64,000 nucleotides of DNA from NCBI RefSeq assembly GCF_006345805.1, contig NC_043002.1, positions 85,374,001-85,438,000 of the forward strand, in the 5' to 3' direction. The stretch comes from Octopus sinensis. Its lineage: Eukaryota. The notes under the pieces are model-generated. The model was not told the origin of the DNA. It saw only the letters and a program-made list of their open reading frames with translations, and made no database searches. Positions 1-12,490 of the stretch are shown one piece after another (position 1 is the stretch's first letter; each line of letters opens with the position of its first letter). The position numbers and the translations under genes were made by a program.

Positions 1-265
1 GCAGTCATCAAGGTATTTCTTCCTTGCCTTTTCAATATACTTTCTCAATTTAGTGCTATAGCTTTCCTCTACTTCTTTGTAGAGTTGTTGTTCTAAGTAT
101 CCCATTACAGAGTTCGCATAAACAGGAGCAAATCTCATTCACATAGCCATGCCTTTAGTTTGGATGTAATTTTTTTCCATTGAAGAAGAATGTGTTGTTT
201 TCCAGAATAAGTCTGACTGTGTTTAATATAAATGGCACTATGAATCTGTTGGGAATCACTTCTTT
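1..265 (-). pseudogene. Penelope-like element reverse transcriptase fragment (frameshifted, stop)
   Basis: Minus-strand translation ...LILENNTFFFNGK/NYIQTKGMAM*MRFAPVYANSVMGYLEQQLY...KKYLDDC matches the PLE RT motifs Q..G.AMG...AP.YAN..M and YxDD; runs off the window edge. Confidence 0.85.
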
Positions 266-348
266 ATGAATATATGCACATAGTTTGTGTGTGTGTGCAT
301 GTTTGTATATATGTATGTATATATGTATGTACATATATAGAATATATA

Positions 349-728
349 GGAGCACTCCGTCGGTTACGACGATGAGGGTCCCAGCTGATACGATCAATGG
401 AACAGCTTGCTCGTGGAATTAACGTGCAAATGGCTGAGCATTCCACAGACACGTGTACCCTTAACGTAGTTCTCGAGGAGATTCAGCGTGACACAGAGTG
501 TGACAAGGCTGGCCCTTTGAAATACAGGTACAACAGAAACAGGAAGAAAGAGTGAGAGAAAGTTGTGGTGAAAGAGTACAGCAGGGTTCATCACTACCCC
601 CTGCAGGAGCCTTGTGAAGCTTTAGGTGCTTTCGCTCAATAAACACTCACAATGCCCGTTCTGGGAATCGAAACCGTGATCCTACGACCGCGAGTCCGCT
701 GCCCTAACCACTGGGCCATTGCGCCTCC
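349..728 (-). mobile_element. tRNA-derived SINE (family A head, tail type 1)
   Basis: Head GGAGGCGCAATGGCCCAGTGGTTAGGGCAG...GGTTTCGATTCCC with A and B boxes; same head and core at 23010-23224 and 39008-39190. Confidence 0.85.
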
Positions 729-736
729 ACATGTAC

Positions 737-754
<18 letters not shown>

Positions 755-773
<19 letters not shown>

Positions 774-3541
774 TATATATACACACATATATATACACAC
801 ACACGTATACAAATACACACATATATATACACACACACACATATATATATTCTAGTTTCAACTCAAGAGTGTGACCATGCTAGGGTACCATTATTTGCTT
901 TGCTACACTTTCATTAAATATTCGCTGATGTGTGGCATTTGGTGAATGAAAGAGTTTGATGTTATAAATGTTTAAATCTCTCTTGAGCCTTGCATCTGTT
1001 ATCCTGGCCTCTTCAAACAGTTTCACTCCACTCCACACTTGTGTTCGCCATCCAGCTCGATCTGAAGCAAGGGTTTCTATATCCTCTAGATCCATTCCAA
1101 GTAACTTTATGGTAGTCCTTATGCCATCCTTAAACCTTACCATCTCTCTTCTTCTCGAACATGGTCATGTTATGAAAGACATTTCAAACTATTAAAACAA
1201 TTCCACCAAAAATGCCTTCATTGCATTTTAAACATTAAATGAAGTTCTTTTACTCCAAACACAGATGTCCTTGCATCTTCAGGCCTCACCTCGATTAAAG
1301 CTATGATTTTGAGGAACCAAATGAGGAAGTGTGGCCATATTGTTTGAATGGCAGATGAATGCATGCTAAAACAGCTGTTTTATGGTGAGCTTGCAAAGGG
1401 GAAATGTTATTGATATAAACCTACAAAAAGGGTTTAAGGACAGCATATATATTTCTATTAATATATATATACATACATATATATATATAAGAGAAGAAAA
1501 TGGATATAATAACAATGGGAAGTTAATTGTTTTATGCTGGCATGTCTTTAATTAAATAGGTAACAAGAAGCAGAGATGAGGGTGATAGATAGATAGATAG
1601 ATAGATAGATATAGAAATGTATATACATATACACACATATTAATGATTATGTATATGCATGTATATATACATATATATATAAATATGTATATCAAGAAAC
1701 TAAAATACATATATTCACACCCACCCACACACACACGCACACATAGCTCAGGTAACTATTGTGTGGCAGAGGTCCAAAATATGGCTAACATAAAACACTA
1801 TTTGATTAATGTGCATTAGCATTGGAGTTTGTTTTCCTTTGCCCACTCAAGCAAAAAATTGTTGTCTGGGGAAACATCCAATGTGTGTGTATAGTAGTAG
1901 TAGTGGTGGTGGTGGTGGTGGTTGTAGTTGTAGTAGTAGTAGTAGTGTATCTAGAACTTTCCTGTGGGATCTATTAGTTTAGAGGTTTGATGTACCATTA
2001 TTCTACAAGAAATCTATAGATAATATAACATCTGGATCATATTAAAATGTAAAACACTGATGACAATTATGGGCCAATTCCTTGACACATTCAGAACTTT
2101 GTTTTGTGAGTATTTTAGCATTTGGCAATTTCCTTTCTCTTTCACACACACACACACACATATATATACACACATATATATACACACACACATATACAAA
2201 TACACACATATATATACACACACACATATATATATTTCTAGTTTCAACTCAAGAGTGTGACCATGCTAGGGTACCATTATTTGCTTTGCTACACTTTCAT
2301 TAAATATTCGCTGATGTGTGGCATTTGGTGAATGAAAGAGTTTGATGTTATAAATGTTTAAATCTCTCTTGAGCCTTGCATCTGTTATCCTGGCCTCTTC
2401 AAACAGTTTCACTCCACTCCACACTTGTGTTCGCCATCCAGCTCGATCTGAAGCAAGGGTTTCTATATCCTCTAGATCCATTCCAAGTAACTTTATGGTA
2501 GTCCTTATGCCATCCTTAAACCTTACCATCTCTGTGGTATTCTTCTCGAACATGGTCATGTTATGAAAGACATTTCAAACTATTAAAACAATTCCACCAA
2601 AAATGCCTTCATTGCATTTTAAACATTAAATGAAGTTCTTTTACTCCAAACACAGATGTCCTTGCATCTTCAGGCCTCACCTCGATTAAAGCTATGATTT
2701 TGAGGAACCAAATGAGGAAGTGTGGCCATATTGTTTGAATGGCAGATGAACGCATGCTAAAACAGCTGTTTTATGGTGAGCTTGCAAAGGGGAAATGTTA
2801 TTGATATAAACCTACAAAAAGGGTTTAAGGACAGCATATATATTTCTATTAATATATATATACATACATATATATATATATATAAGAGAAGAAAATGGAT
2901 ATAATAACAATGGGAAGTTAATTGTTTTATGCTGGCATGTCTTTAATTAAATAGGTAACAAGAAGCAGAGATGAGGGTGATAGATAGATAGATAGATAGA
3001 TAGATATAGAAATGTATATACATATACACACATATTAATGATTATGTATATGCATGTATATATACATATATATATAAATATGTATATCAAGAAACTAAAA
3101 TACATATATTCACACCCACCCACACACACACGCACACATAGCTCAGGTAACTATTGTGTGGCAGAGGTCCAAAATATGGCTAACATAAAACACTATTTGA
3201 TTAATGTGCATTAGCATTGGAGTTTGTTTTCCTTTGCCCACTCAAGCAAAAAATTGTTGTCTGGGGAAACATCCAATGTGTGTGTATAGTAGTAGTAGTG
3301 GTGGTGGTGGTGGTGGTGGTTGTAGTTGTAGTAGTAGTAGTAGTGTATCTAGAACTTTCCTGTGGGATCTATTAGTTTAGAGGTTTGATGTACCATTATT
3401 CTACAAGAAATCTATAGATAATATAACATCTGGATCATATTAAAATGTAAAACACTGATGACAATTATGGGCCAATTCCTTGACACATTCAGAACTTTGT
3501 TTTGTGAGTATTTTAGCATTTGGCAATTTCCTTTCTCTTTC
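755..3541. repeat. Near-identical tandem duplication, ~1.39 kb unit (about 755-2142 and 2143-3541)
   Basis: Copies match base for base apart from microsatellite length and a few substitutions/indels; offset 1386-1398 bp; junctions lie in (CA)n tracts; duplicated ORFs appear in the ORF track. Confidence 0.95.
900..1446. mobile_element. RTE-clade LINE 3' fragment with internal inversion (second copy 2286-2837)
   Basis: Plus 1290-1446: SIKAMILRNQMRKCGHIV*MADECMLKQLFYGELAKG...RFKDSI; minus from 1138: RFKDGIRTTIK...IETLASDRAGWRTQVWSGVKLFEEAR; typical RTE C-terminal motifs (W.GHV.RM, KQLLYGEL, A.DR..WR). Confidence 0.85.
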
Positions 3542-3697
3542 ACACACACACACACACACACAAACTTTATAAATATATATATATGTGTGTGTATATGTAT
3601 ATGTGTATATATGTGTGTGTATATGTATATGTGTATATATGTGTGACCGCGTGTGTACCGTTGGCGATTTTTTTTCCTCTGTCTTCCCTTCTCCTAT

Positions 3698-3732
3698 GTT
3701 TCCGACGAAGAGCTCTGCTCGAAACGTTAAAC
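3698..3732 (+). ncRNA. Minimal type-I hammerhead ribozyme motif (CCGACGA core variant)
   Basis: GTTT-CCGACGA-A-GAGC-tct-GCTC-GAAAC-GTT-AAAC: stem I GTTT/AAAC, stem II GAGC/GCTC, palindromic stem III. Confidence 0.75.
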
Positions 3733-3912
3733 CCTCCTTCCTTCCTTCTTTCCTGAGCGTCCAATAATACTATATTTGTTCCACGGCCTTGCGTTGTATT
3801 TTTTTGTGCTTTCTTGTTTGTATTAACTTTATGTATGTATATATATATATATATATGTGCCAATTTTTTTTTTTCCTCTGTCTTCCCTTCTCTGGATCTT
3901 TCCTTCTCCTAT

Positions 3913-3947
3913 GTTTCCAACGAAGAGCTCCGCTCGAAACGTTAAAC
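3913..3947 (+). ncRNA. Hammerhead motif, tandem partner of 3698 (core mutated to CCAACGA)
   Basis: GTTT-CCAACGA-A-GAGC-tcc-GCTC-GAAAC-GTT-AAAC, 215 bp downstream within a duplicated ~215-bp unit. Confidence 0.65.
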
Positions 3948-4051
3948 CCTCCTTCTTTCCTGAGCGTCCAATAATACTATATTTTTTCCACATCCTCGCG
4001 TTGTTGTGTTTTTTTTGTGCTTTCATGTTTGGATTAACTATATATATATAT

Positions 4052-4210
4052 ATTCCACTGAGTGGACACATAGACATATGTGCAGAAAATAAGCCCCCAA
4101 ATTCTGGGTTTTCTCACTCTACCTATGTTCAATGAATACCACAGATGAAGCATGGATAATCAAAGAAAATACTTTCATACAAAAGTACAAATGAAAACTT
4201 GACAAACTTT
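4052..4210 (+). pseudogene. PLE GIY-YIG endonuclease C-terminal remnant
   Basis: IPLSGHIDICA.../KFWVFSLY...WIIKENTFIQKYK*KLD resembles the PLE end (H..IC ... R..KE..FI..Y.P.LN); similar to the fragment at 37300. Confidence 0.6.
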
Positions 4211-4760
4211 AACAGAGTACATACACAAATAACTATTCACACACAAAACTCATTCTGCCACTTACCATGAGGAACCTACACAGCTAACAACCCAAACTTT
4301 AGCCACTGGACTATATACAAAAAACTCCTGTCCACACTCCCACCAGACAGATTAAATTTGGAGTGCCTTAATTGTAACTAAATATATTCACTCAACCGTG
4401 TCGGCCTTCTTTTTAGATGCAAAATATACTGACATTGGACTTATTTTTAGATGCAAAATATACTGACATGTGACACTGATGCATGGACTGGAAACATACA
4501 AAAGGTTATAAACTTAATCATGGGTTCATACCTACAAACACTTGACAGGAGACATTCAGAACATTGATTGTTTGACATGTTCAGTCAACTGTGACAGCCT
4601 TAACTTATGATGCCAAACTTAAGACAGTTGTGACATAAGCCACTTCTTTCAGTTTCAACATTTTGAAAATCAGTGTAAACTATGAAACTGTTTAAAGCTT
4701 TAAATATATTAATAAAAAGTATTTTAACTGTTCTCAGTGCATTTTCAACTTCTATTTTTC

Positions 4761-4827
<67 letters not shown>

Positions 4828-5495
4828 GTGTGTAGAAGGAAACTGAAAGAAGTCTGTCATGTCTGTGTGTGTCTTTGTGTGGGTGTGTAGGTGAACATAT
4901 TTCATGCATGTATTTGTGTGCATGTTTCTGTTTCTCATACAAACAGTTGTTGGCAATCTTCTACAAAAACTTATATGGCCATTGTGTTGTTAGTATTTGA
5001 AGGACTATGGGAAACCATTATCAGCTCACACTTGCTTGGAAACAGATAAGGATTGGTGACAGGAAGAGCATCAAGTATTTGAAAACCTGTCTACTCCACT
5101 CCCTAAATTTGAATTTTCAATTGCATCCATAGCAACTGCAGTTGCTAACCATGAAATATAAAGTAATGTTTATCATCTTATCAAACTTTGATATAGAAAA
5201 ATTTGCAACCTTCTATGTCTGTTGTTCCTGAAAGTTGTTTATTATACTTTCTATGGACCGCTTGAAGATTACTATCTTCCTACACCTCGATCCTTGGATC
5301 TTACCTTTATATATTATATATATATACCGGAGTAAACACATAAATGTGAAACAAGGTGGAAAAAAGAGTAGTCAAATACCAGAGGTAGAGTAATATGCTT
5401 TATTTAAAAGCAGCAGAAATTTATATATATAAGAATTTTTTGCGTATTAAGATAAAACACCAAGGCTGTATAGATATTAGAGCATTTATAGATAG

Positions 5496-5547
5496 GTCTT
5501 ACAGCTGTTTCTAGGATATTAATTAATAATATCCCTTCATCAGAGAC
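5496..5547 (-). ncRNA. Type-I hammerhead ribozyme, intact core
   Basis: RC: GTCT-CTGATGA-A-GGGATATT-attaatt-AATATCCT-A-GAAAC-AGCT-GTA-AGAC. Confidence 0.85.
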
Positions 5548-6749
5548 GGTGTGAGAGGAAAAATTAAGTCATAGTTAGTTTCGATGTGATACAAAATAGA
5601 GAGTGGGGTGGAGGAAAGAAAATAGATGTATGATATGTATGGGTATTGAATTTGTAAATCTGTTTTATAGGCATAATGGTATATATGTGTAATATTCCAA
5701 TATCCTTTGAGTAAAATCCAAAAGTCCAACAGAGTTTAATATGAGTCCTTCCAAATATAGAGTTTATAAGCAATGTAAGATTCTCTTAAAGTTGGTCATT
5801 CTCAGTAGGGAATTTATATAGAGTGTTGTAGAGTCAAGGTTTGTATTTAAAATGACCTAGAAATAGGGAGTGTATTAGTATGGTTAAATTGAAAACAGGA
5901 AGAGAAGAATGAAATAAAGAGAAAAAAAAACTTCTCGCTTACATATATACGTATTTGAAAAGATAAATAGAAATGGCTTTTCCAATAATTTTTCCAGTTT
6001 AATAATTTGATGTTTATAAGTTTACAAAATGGTAAACTGATAGCAGTTTCTCACTTATCCTATCAGAGTCACTTTTATGTAAACTTATAAACATCTAATT
6101 ATTAAAGTGGAAAATTATCAGAAAATTCATTTTAAACTGAAACTTAATTTGTTACTCTGAGTTTCATGTTTTACTGATTCTCAAATGATAAAAGCAACTA
6201 AACAAACGATCTTGTATTTATATACAAAATGAAAACTACTGAATATGCCTGTTAACAGAAAACCTTTTGATTTTTTTTGGAGTATATAACATTAGCATAC
6301 TAGACTGTCAGGCATTTTGAAAAATTATTATAAAACATACCAATTTTTTATGACAAACGCATTGAGTGTAAAATGCACATTAACAAAATAAAAGTTTTTG
6401 ATTTGTTGGTAGTATGCCACAGTATGGTATTTTAAAATGAACCTACAAATATTTTGATATGACAAAAAAAATTATGTTAGGTCAGAATGAGTGTTTAAAA
6501 TATAATTTGTATGGAACATATACTAATTTTTCTCTGAAATACAAAGATCACAGCTATCATTACCTTGATTCTAAAATATAGCTTGTTCTAATATCTTTCA
6601 AATAATTTTATAGTTTCTGATATTGTTATTTCTTAAAATCTAAATGTACTTTGACAACTTCATGTTCAATGATCTTATAACAGGTTAGATATTACAAAAG
6701 ATTTTTAATAATTATAAAAGTCACTAATGGCACTCCACTCGTTCCATCA

Positions 6750-8220
6750 ATTCAGAAGCTAAGGAAATATTTACTGAGTTAGAAATAGGTAACCAGATTA
6801 AATGTTTAGTTTTTGATGACCTTACATTACATTGAAGGATCACAAACAGATTTTTTTTTTAATAGTCAACCATGTATGTTAATTAAATCTAGCAAGTTAG
6901 GGATAGTGAATAAAGGTACTTTAAACAGTGTTATTGTTGAAATTTAATAAACAATGTAGTTATCATGATGGAAGAAGTGTTTGAATTATTAATTAGTTTA
7001 ATAGTATTAGTAATAAGCATCTTTATAAATTTATCCAGTTTGATATAATTGAATTATATTCATTAATAGTTAAATTGTTGCTCAAAACTGCATTTTTTCT
7101 TTCTTACCAAGAATTATATTTCAATTTTGATAACAAAATCATCATGTTTGCAAGAAGATCACTTTCTTTCGATAATGATCTATGGATAAAGAAGTATGAC
7201 ACTAATTATTTTGATGTAATAATGGATAGAGTAGATTCTGCTGAAATTTGTGAGATATTGGTTTTTGTATTTTATATTTATTTATTAAATTTGATAAATT
7301 ACAGTGTGATTTATATCAAGATGACTGGCTAATTACAACCTAGGTAATGAATGCTCAGGATTGAGTTCTAAGTTATTTAATGACTTATACGTAAACATAA
7401 CTGTTGAGACAAATTTGCACACCTGATTATTTTTGTCAGGTTTTACTTTAAATTCAATATGTAACAAATGCTCACCATTTAGGAAGTGAAATGAAGAATT
7501 ACAGTTCATTAACTACTGCTTCAAATCACCTGCCTGCTATTAATTATTTCGTGAAAAATGTTAGTACATAATTATCCGCTATCATTCATCTTATATCTTC
7601 TACCAGAAAGACAGCATCTTATTATAATAAAGTGCTGAAATGCAGTGGCTTTAAGGATAATATTAATTTCATAAAGTTCTCAGATGCATAAAAATAGAAA
7701 GCAGAATTTTGTTTAATTCTTGATTCAGTTATAATGTGAATATACTCTTTGCTAGGCATTTCTTTAACTTATTAGATAAGTACTGTCTAACAGCATAAAC
7801 AATGAGATTTTTAATTGGGATAATGCCTGACTAAATTTGGGATGTAACATAATTTTGGTGCATAAGTAGAAAATATTAACTTTAAAAATGAGAAACAGCT
7901 AAAACATCCAATTTCAGTTTGTGGACTTGTTTGAACAGGGTAAATAATTTACTTGTTTAGGAATGAATAGTTTATTGTGCAAAAGTATTTACATCAACAA
8001 TAATTCAGTTTCTATGAATTGTATTTGGTTGACTGGGAAACCATTCAAGTTAAGATCCAGTCGACATTAGTATACTTTCAGAAATCTTGAAAGGTTTTTT
8101 TTGACATGTTTATTTTTAGAAATAATTATATTGGAAACTATAAAATAACACAGAAGCATATTGAAAGGTGCTTAACTTTATAATAAGACTAATGTATAAT
8201 TGTATCATTGCTCATCTTTG
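6750..8220 (+). pseudogene. Highly decayed Penelope-like element ORF (Naiad-like RT + GIY-YIG)
   Basis: IIMFARRSLSFDNDLWIKK...FDVIMDRVDSAEICEIL matches FDVTMGS.DGAE.CELVG; at ~8023 IWLTGKPFKLRSSRH*YTFRN matches YIG.T...FK.R...H..SF; many stops and frameshifts. Confidence 0.7.
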
Positions 8221-8542
8221 CAGACAAAGATAACGTGAGCAGTATGGCCATTCATATATTTCCTAAAACTCTATTGTTGTTGTTACTTAGCTTCATATCT
8301 GCTCTAATCCAGCAGACTCATGACCAGAGGTTTCCCATCATGACCATCCTGTTTTATTTATCGGAGAACTAGTGAATGCAGCAATACATTGTTTAATGTA
8401 TTCTTCCTTATATCAAATGAATGATGAGGTATTATTCAAGGGAAATTTGGCTGCTATTTCTATCAGTTTGAGCAACAGTGTATATATTCCATTCCCTTGT
8501 TGGCTTATCTTCCAATGTTTTCAGAAGGTATAACTGAATTGA

Positions 8543-8773
8543 GGCGGCGAGCTGGCAGAAACGTTAGCACGCTGGGCGAAATGCGTAGCCCTATTTCGTC
8601 TGCCGTTACATTCTGAGTTCAAATTCCGCCAAGGTTGACTTTGCCTTTCATCCTTTTGGAGTCGATAAATTAAGTACCAGTTACGCACTGGGGTCAATGT
8701 AATCGACTTAATCCGTTTGTCTGTCCTTATTTGTCCCCTCTGTGTTTAGCCCCTTGTGGGTAGTAAAGAAATA
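8543..8773 (+). mobile_element. SINE family M (GGCGGCGAGCTGGCAGAA head) with 14-bp TSD
   Basis: Internal GAGTTCAAATTCC B box and TTTGCCTTTCATCC..GTCGATAAA domain; TSD GGTATAACTGAATT at 8527-8540 and 8774-8787. Confidence 0.9.
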
Positions 8774-9249
8774 GGTATAACTGAATTCTTTCTAGATCTT
8801 GCAACAGACTCCATTAACCAACTGTGAAATACATACCAACAGCTATCATTAAGATGGAAATGATAAATGACTCGTTTTCCATTTACTTGTCTTTCTGACT
8901 TTCTTTGTCCAATTATTTATAATTACATCCACTTCTTGAACTACCCTTTTATTGTTATCTTTTACTGTTCTTTTCATTGCTTTCCTACCTACTTCTCAAT
9001 CTATTATAATTATATTTTTGTATACATTTGTTCTTGTACCTTTATTCCTTTCTCTTCTACTAATGCCTGTCACTAATTCATTACTATATCTTATGCCGTT
9101 TGATACATATTAATATAGTTATTCTAATGGATTCTCTAGAACCTAAAGCAATACATCTGAGTTTTGCTGTATTAGTTTTTGGTGTGTCTTAAGTGAATGA
9201 TATGTGTGTGTATATGTAATATGTATGCAAATGTATGCATATATATCTG

Positions 9250-9584
9250 AGACCCCACTCTAGTCATGACTGACCATGTGATTGCACCTAGAAAGTTACC
9301 CTCCTGGGCATGAGTCCAGGCAAGGTTGTTTATGAAAGACCAGCAGTCACCCACGCATGTCGGCCTCCCTTCTCCACGCCACCAGTGTTATCCAAGGGAA
9401 GGACAATGGCCGATACAGCTTGGCACCTGTGACTTCGCAACTCATTTCTACAGCTGAGTGAACTGGAGCAACGTGAATATAGTGTCTTGCTCAAGAACAC
9501 AACACGCAGCCTGGTCTGGGATTCGAACTCACAACCTCACAATTGTAAGCTCGACACCCTAACCACTGTGCCATGCGCCTTCAC
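9250..9584 (-). mobile_element. tRNA-derived CORE-type SINE (other copies 39365-39497, 61085-61350)
   Basis: RC head GGCGCATGGCACAGTGGTTAGG...GAGTTCGAATCCC followed by CORE-like GTGTTCTTGAGCAAGACAC. Confidence 0.8.
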
Positions 9585-9802
9585 ACATATGTGTATATAT
9601 ATATATATGTGTGAGTGTATGTATATGTATATATATATATATATATAAATAATCATCATCATCATTTAACGTCCATTGCCCATGTTGGCATGGGTTGAAC
9701 AGTTTGACCAGAGTTAGCAAGCTGGAAGGCTAAACCAGATTCCTGTCTGATTTGGCATGGTTTCTACAGCTGAATGCCCTTATATATATATATATATAAT
9801 AT

Positions 9803-9835
<33 letters not shown>

Positions 9836-9840
9836 GTATT

Positions 9841-9997
9841 ACACTCTCGGAGTGGTTGGCATTAGGAAGGGCATCCAGCTGTAGAAACACTGCCAGATCT
9901 GACTGGCCTGGTGCAGCCTTCGGGCTCCCCAGATCCCAGTTGAACCGTCCAACCCATGCTAGCATGGAAAACGGACGCTAAATGATGATGATGATGA
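9841..9997 (+). mobile_element. 3' part of (GAT)n-tailed SINE family R (inverted partner 9653-9780)
   Basis: GGTTGGCATTAGGAAGGGCATCCAGCTGTAGAAAC...CCAACCCATGCTAGCATGGAAA..(GAT)n; also at 16602-17090, 42020-42488, 51240-51490, 53848-54152. Confidence 0.8.
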
Positions 9998-10604
9998 TAT
10001 ATATATATATATATATAATGGTCATCATCATAATTATCATTTAATGTCCGCCTTCCATGCTAGTATGGGTTGAACAGTTTGACAGGTGCCAGGTAGAAGA
10101 CTACACCAGGTTAATATGTCTGTTTTGGCGTGGCATTATGTCCTTCCTACTCAATGAACCACCTATACATGGCAGTTGCTGAAACATAATCAAATATATT
10201 ATAACAATTATAAAGAACAGTCTTCTATAATAGTATATGCATATAAACTTAGTGACTCAAAGCTGGCGTGATGTGCAGAAACAAATGTTGCGATCTATTA
10301 TTAAAACTGTTATTCTCCATCCTTGTGTTATAATATCCTTATATGTATAATGTATAATATATATATGTATATGTATTTATATATCATCTTTTTTTTCATT
10401 ACTTGCTAGCATTTGTTTTGGTAGAACAGTTTGTATTGTAACTGCAGGGTAGGAGATAAAGTCTTAAAAATGTAACATGAATTTTCATTGTATAATTCAT
10501 TCTGAAATTTAACTCTGACTAATGCATGTGTATGCATATATACATATATGCACCCACACATACATACATACATTACACACATATACAGATGTATGTAACT
10601 ATAT

Positions 10605-10643
<39 letters not shown>

Positions 10644-11435
10644 GCATTCATACATATATCTATATCTACACGAACACACAGACAGATACATGCAATCATC
10701 ACGATCAACTCTAACACTTCATGACTGGGAAGCAAATGTTATCATCACTCAGCCATATGTGATAAACATTGACATTCATTCATAGACACACACACACGCA
10801 CACACATATATATATATGTGTGTGCATGTGTGTTTGTGTATGTGTGTGTATGCATGTATATATGTGTATTTGTGTGTGTGTGAGTGTATGCTGACTTGGA
10901 CTGATACAATTATTCCTTACATGAGCATACTCATGAATAAATTTGCAGGGCTATAAATTACATGATGAACAAAAATGTAAGAAAAGAGAAACTAAGTGAA
11001 GAAATATATTCATATTTAAATTGCTTCTGATTGATATATGTTTGGGAGACATCTATGGAGAAACTTAACAGCAGACAGTAATTCTCTTTATAGCTGCTGA
11101 ACATTGTCCGTAAATGAGTCAGTCTGACTTTTGTTGAACATGTTGTTGCTGTGTAACTTAATGAATTCTCTTTAAGCAAATATATATATTTGAAAGAAGC
11201 TAATGATATGTAGTTTTGGCAGTGTCATTTTGCGTTGAACGTTAAATTTTTGACACCGTTTGAGAATTAACAATCTCATTACATTGTGGAAAAGTTGAAC
11301 CGAAATTTTTGGAAAAACATGGTTTTTGTCTTATCGAGTATAGCATTTAAACTGGCCGCATCCGGTCATAATCTTTTTGTTTTATGTTCAAACTGGCCAG
11401 ATCTGGCCTAATGTATTTAATTTTTTCAATTTAAT

Positions 11436-11860
11436 TTTTATTGGCTCAAAAAGCAAAAGCAAGGCCATGTAGGGGGACAGAGAGTTATGTACAGGGAGGG
11501 TGGTCATACAAAGAGTTCAGGCCATTTCTGGTCAAGAGAGACTTTGAACCGAGCGGTCATTGGCTTCTCTTCACTATCTTGTCCGGCAGCTTATTCCACG
11601 GATCTGCAACCCGGACGGAGAAAGCCCCTCTCCTTTGACTGAGATGAAATCATCGTAGATAGAGCTTTTTGGAGTGACCCCGCAGCCCTCGATCTGGAGC
11701 AGGAGTGAAGAACAGTTCTTTCGAGAGTTTACACTTTCCGCTTATGATGTTGTGAGCAAGAATGAGATCACCACGGCGTCATCGTTTTTCGAGAGAATAA
11801 CGGTCGAGCGTCTTCAGCCTTTCTTCATAAGACAAATGCTTGAAACCAAGAACCATGTGG
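11436..11860 (-). mobile_element. CR1/L2-group LINE 3' end
   Basis: RC translation LRGHSKKLY...RRGAFSVRVADPWNKLP is the canonical CR1/L2 C-terminal motif (RGH..KL; FS.RV...WN.LP), followed by a UTR and an A-rich tail. Confidence 0.8.
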
Positions 11861-12275
11861 GTTAGGATTGAATTTCAGATTTTGAACAGTGAATGTAGTC
11901 TGAGCCATCACATTTTATGTTTGTGGAAAAACTAGTTCCCTGTTAAAGTGATGCAAATAGGTCTGTTCTAGAATGTATAACATTGTGTAATACGGTTTTT
12001 GTCCTTGGTTAGTAATTGTTATTTCCTTTTTGCTTAAATATGAAAAATGGCTAATATTTCCTTTCAACATTGCTTTTGTTACATTTATCCAAACACCAAA
12101 GAATCCCTCTCAACACTTGACTGTGAGGCTCCCCCACTACTACTGCTTATGATCAGAGATGCATGCATTGTCAGCCACTAAGGGACATGCTCAAATGGTT
12201 AAAGTCAAGCAACTAACAAGTAAATCTATGGTCACTAGAAGGATATTCACTATAACAATATTTCTGCTTCAGCAA

Positions 12276-12490
12276 GACGGCAAACTGGCAGAAACATTAG
12301 CATGCCAGGCAAAATGGTTAGTGGTATTTTGTCTGTCTTTATGTTTTGAGTTCAGATTTTGTTGAGGTCAACTTTTCTTTTCATCCTTTCGGGATTGATA
12401 AATTAAGTACCAGTTGTGTACTGGGGTTGATCTAACCAATTGGCCCCACCTCTCCAAAAATTTCGGGCCTTGTGCCTAGAGTAGAAAAGA
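12276..12490 (+). mobile_element. SINE family M, alternative-tail subfamily, 19-bp TSD
   Basis: TSD AATATTTCTGCTTCAGCAA flanks the copy; tail ...CCTTGTGCCTAGAGTAGAAAAG. Confidence 0.85.

Noticed and set aside
660-728. tRNA gene-like sequences (also 9515-9584, 21033-21105, 39008-39080)
   Set aside because: SINE heads: no acceptor stem closure and they continue into shared SINE bodies
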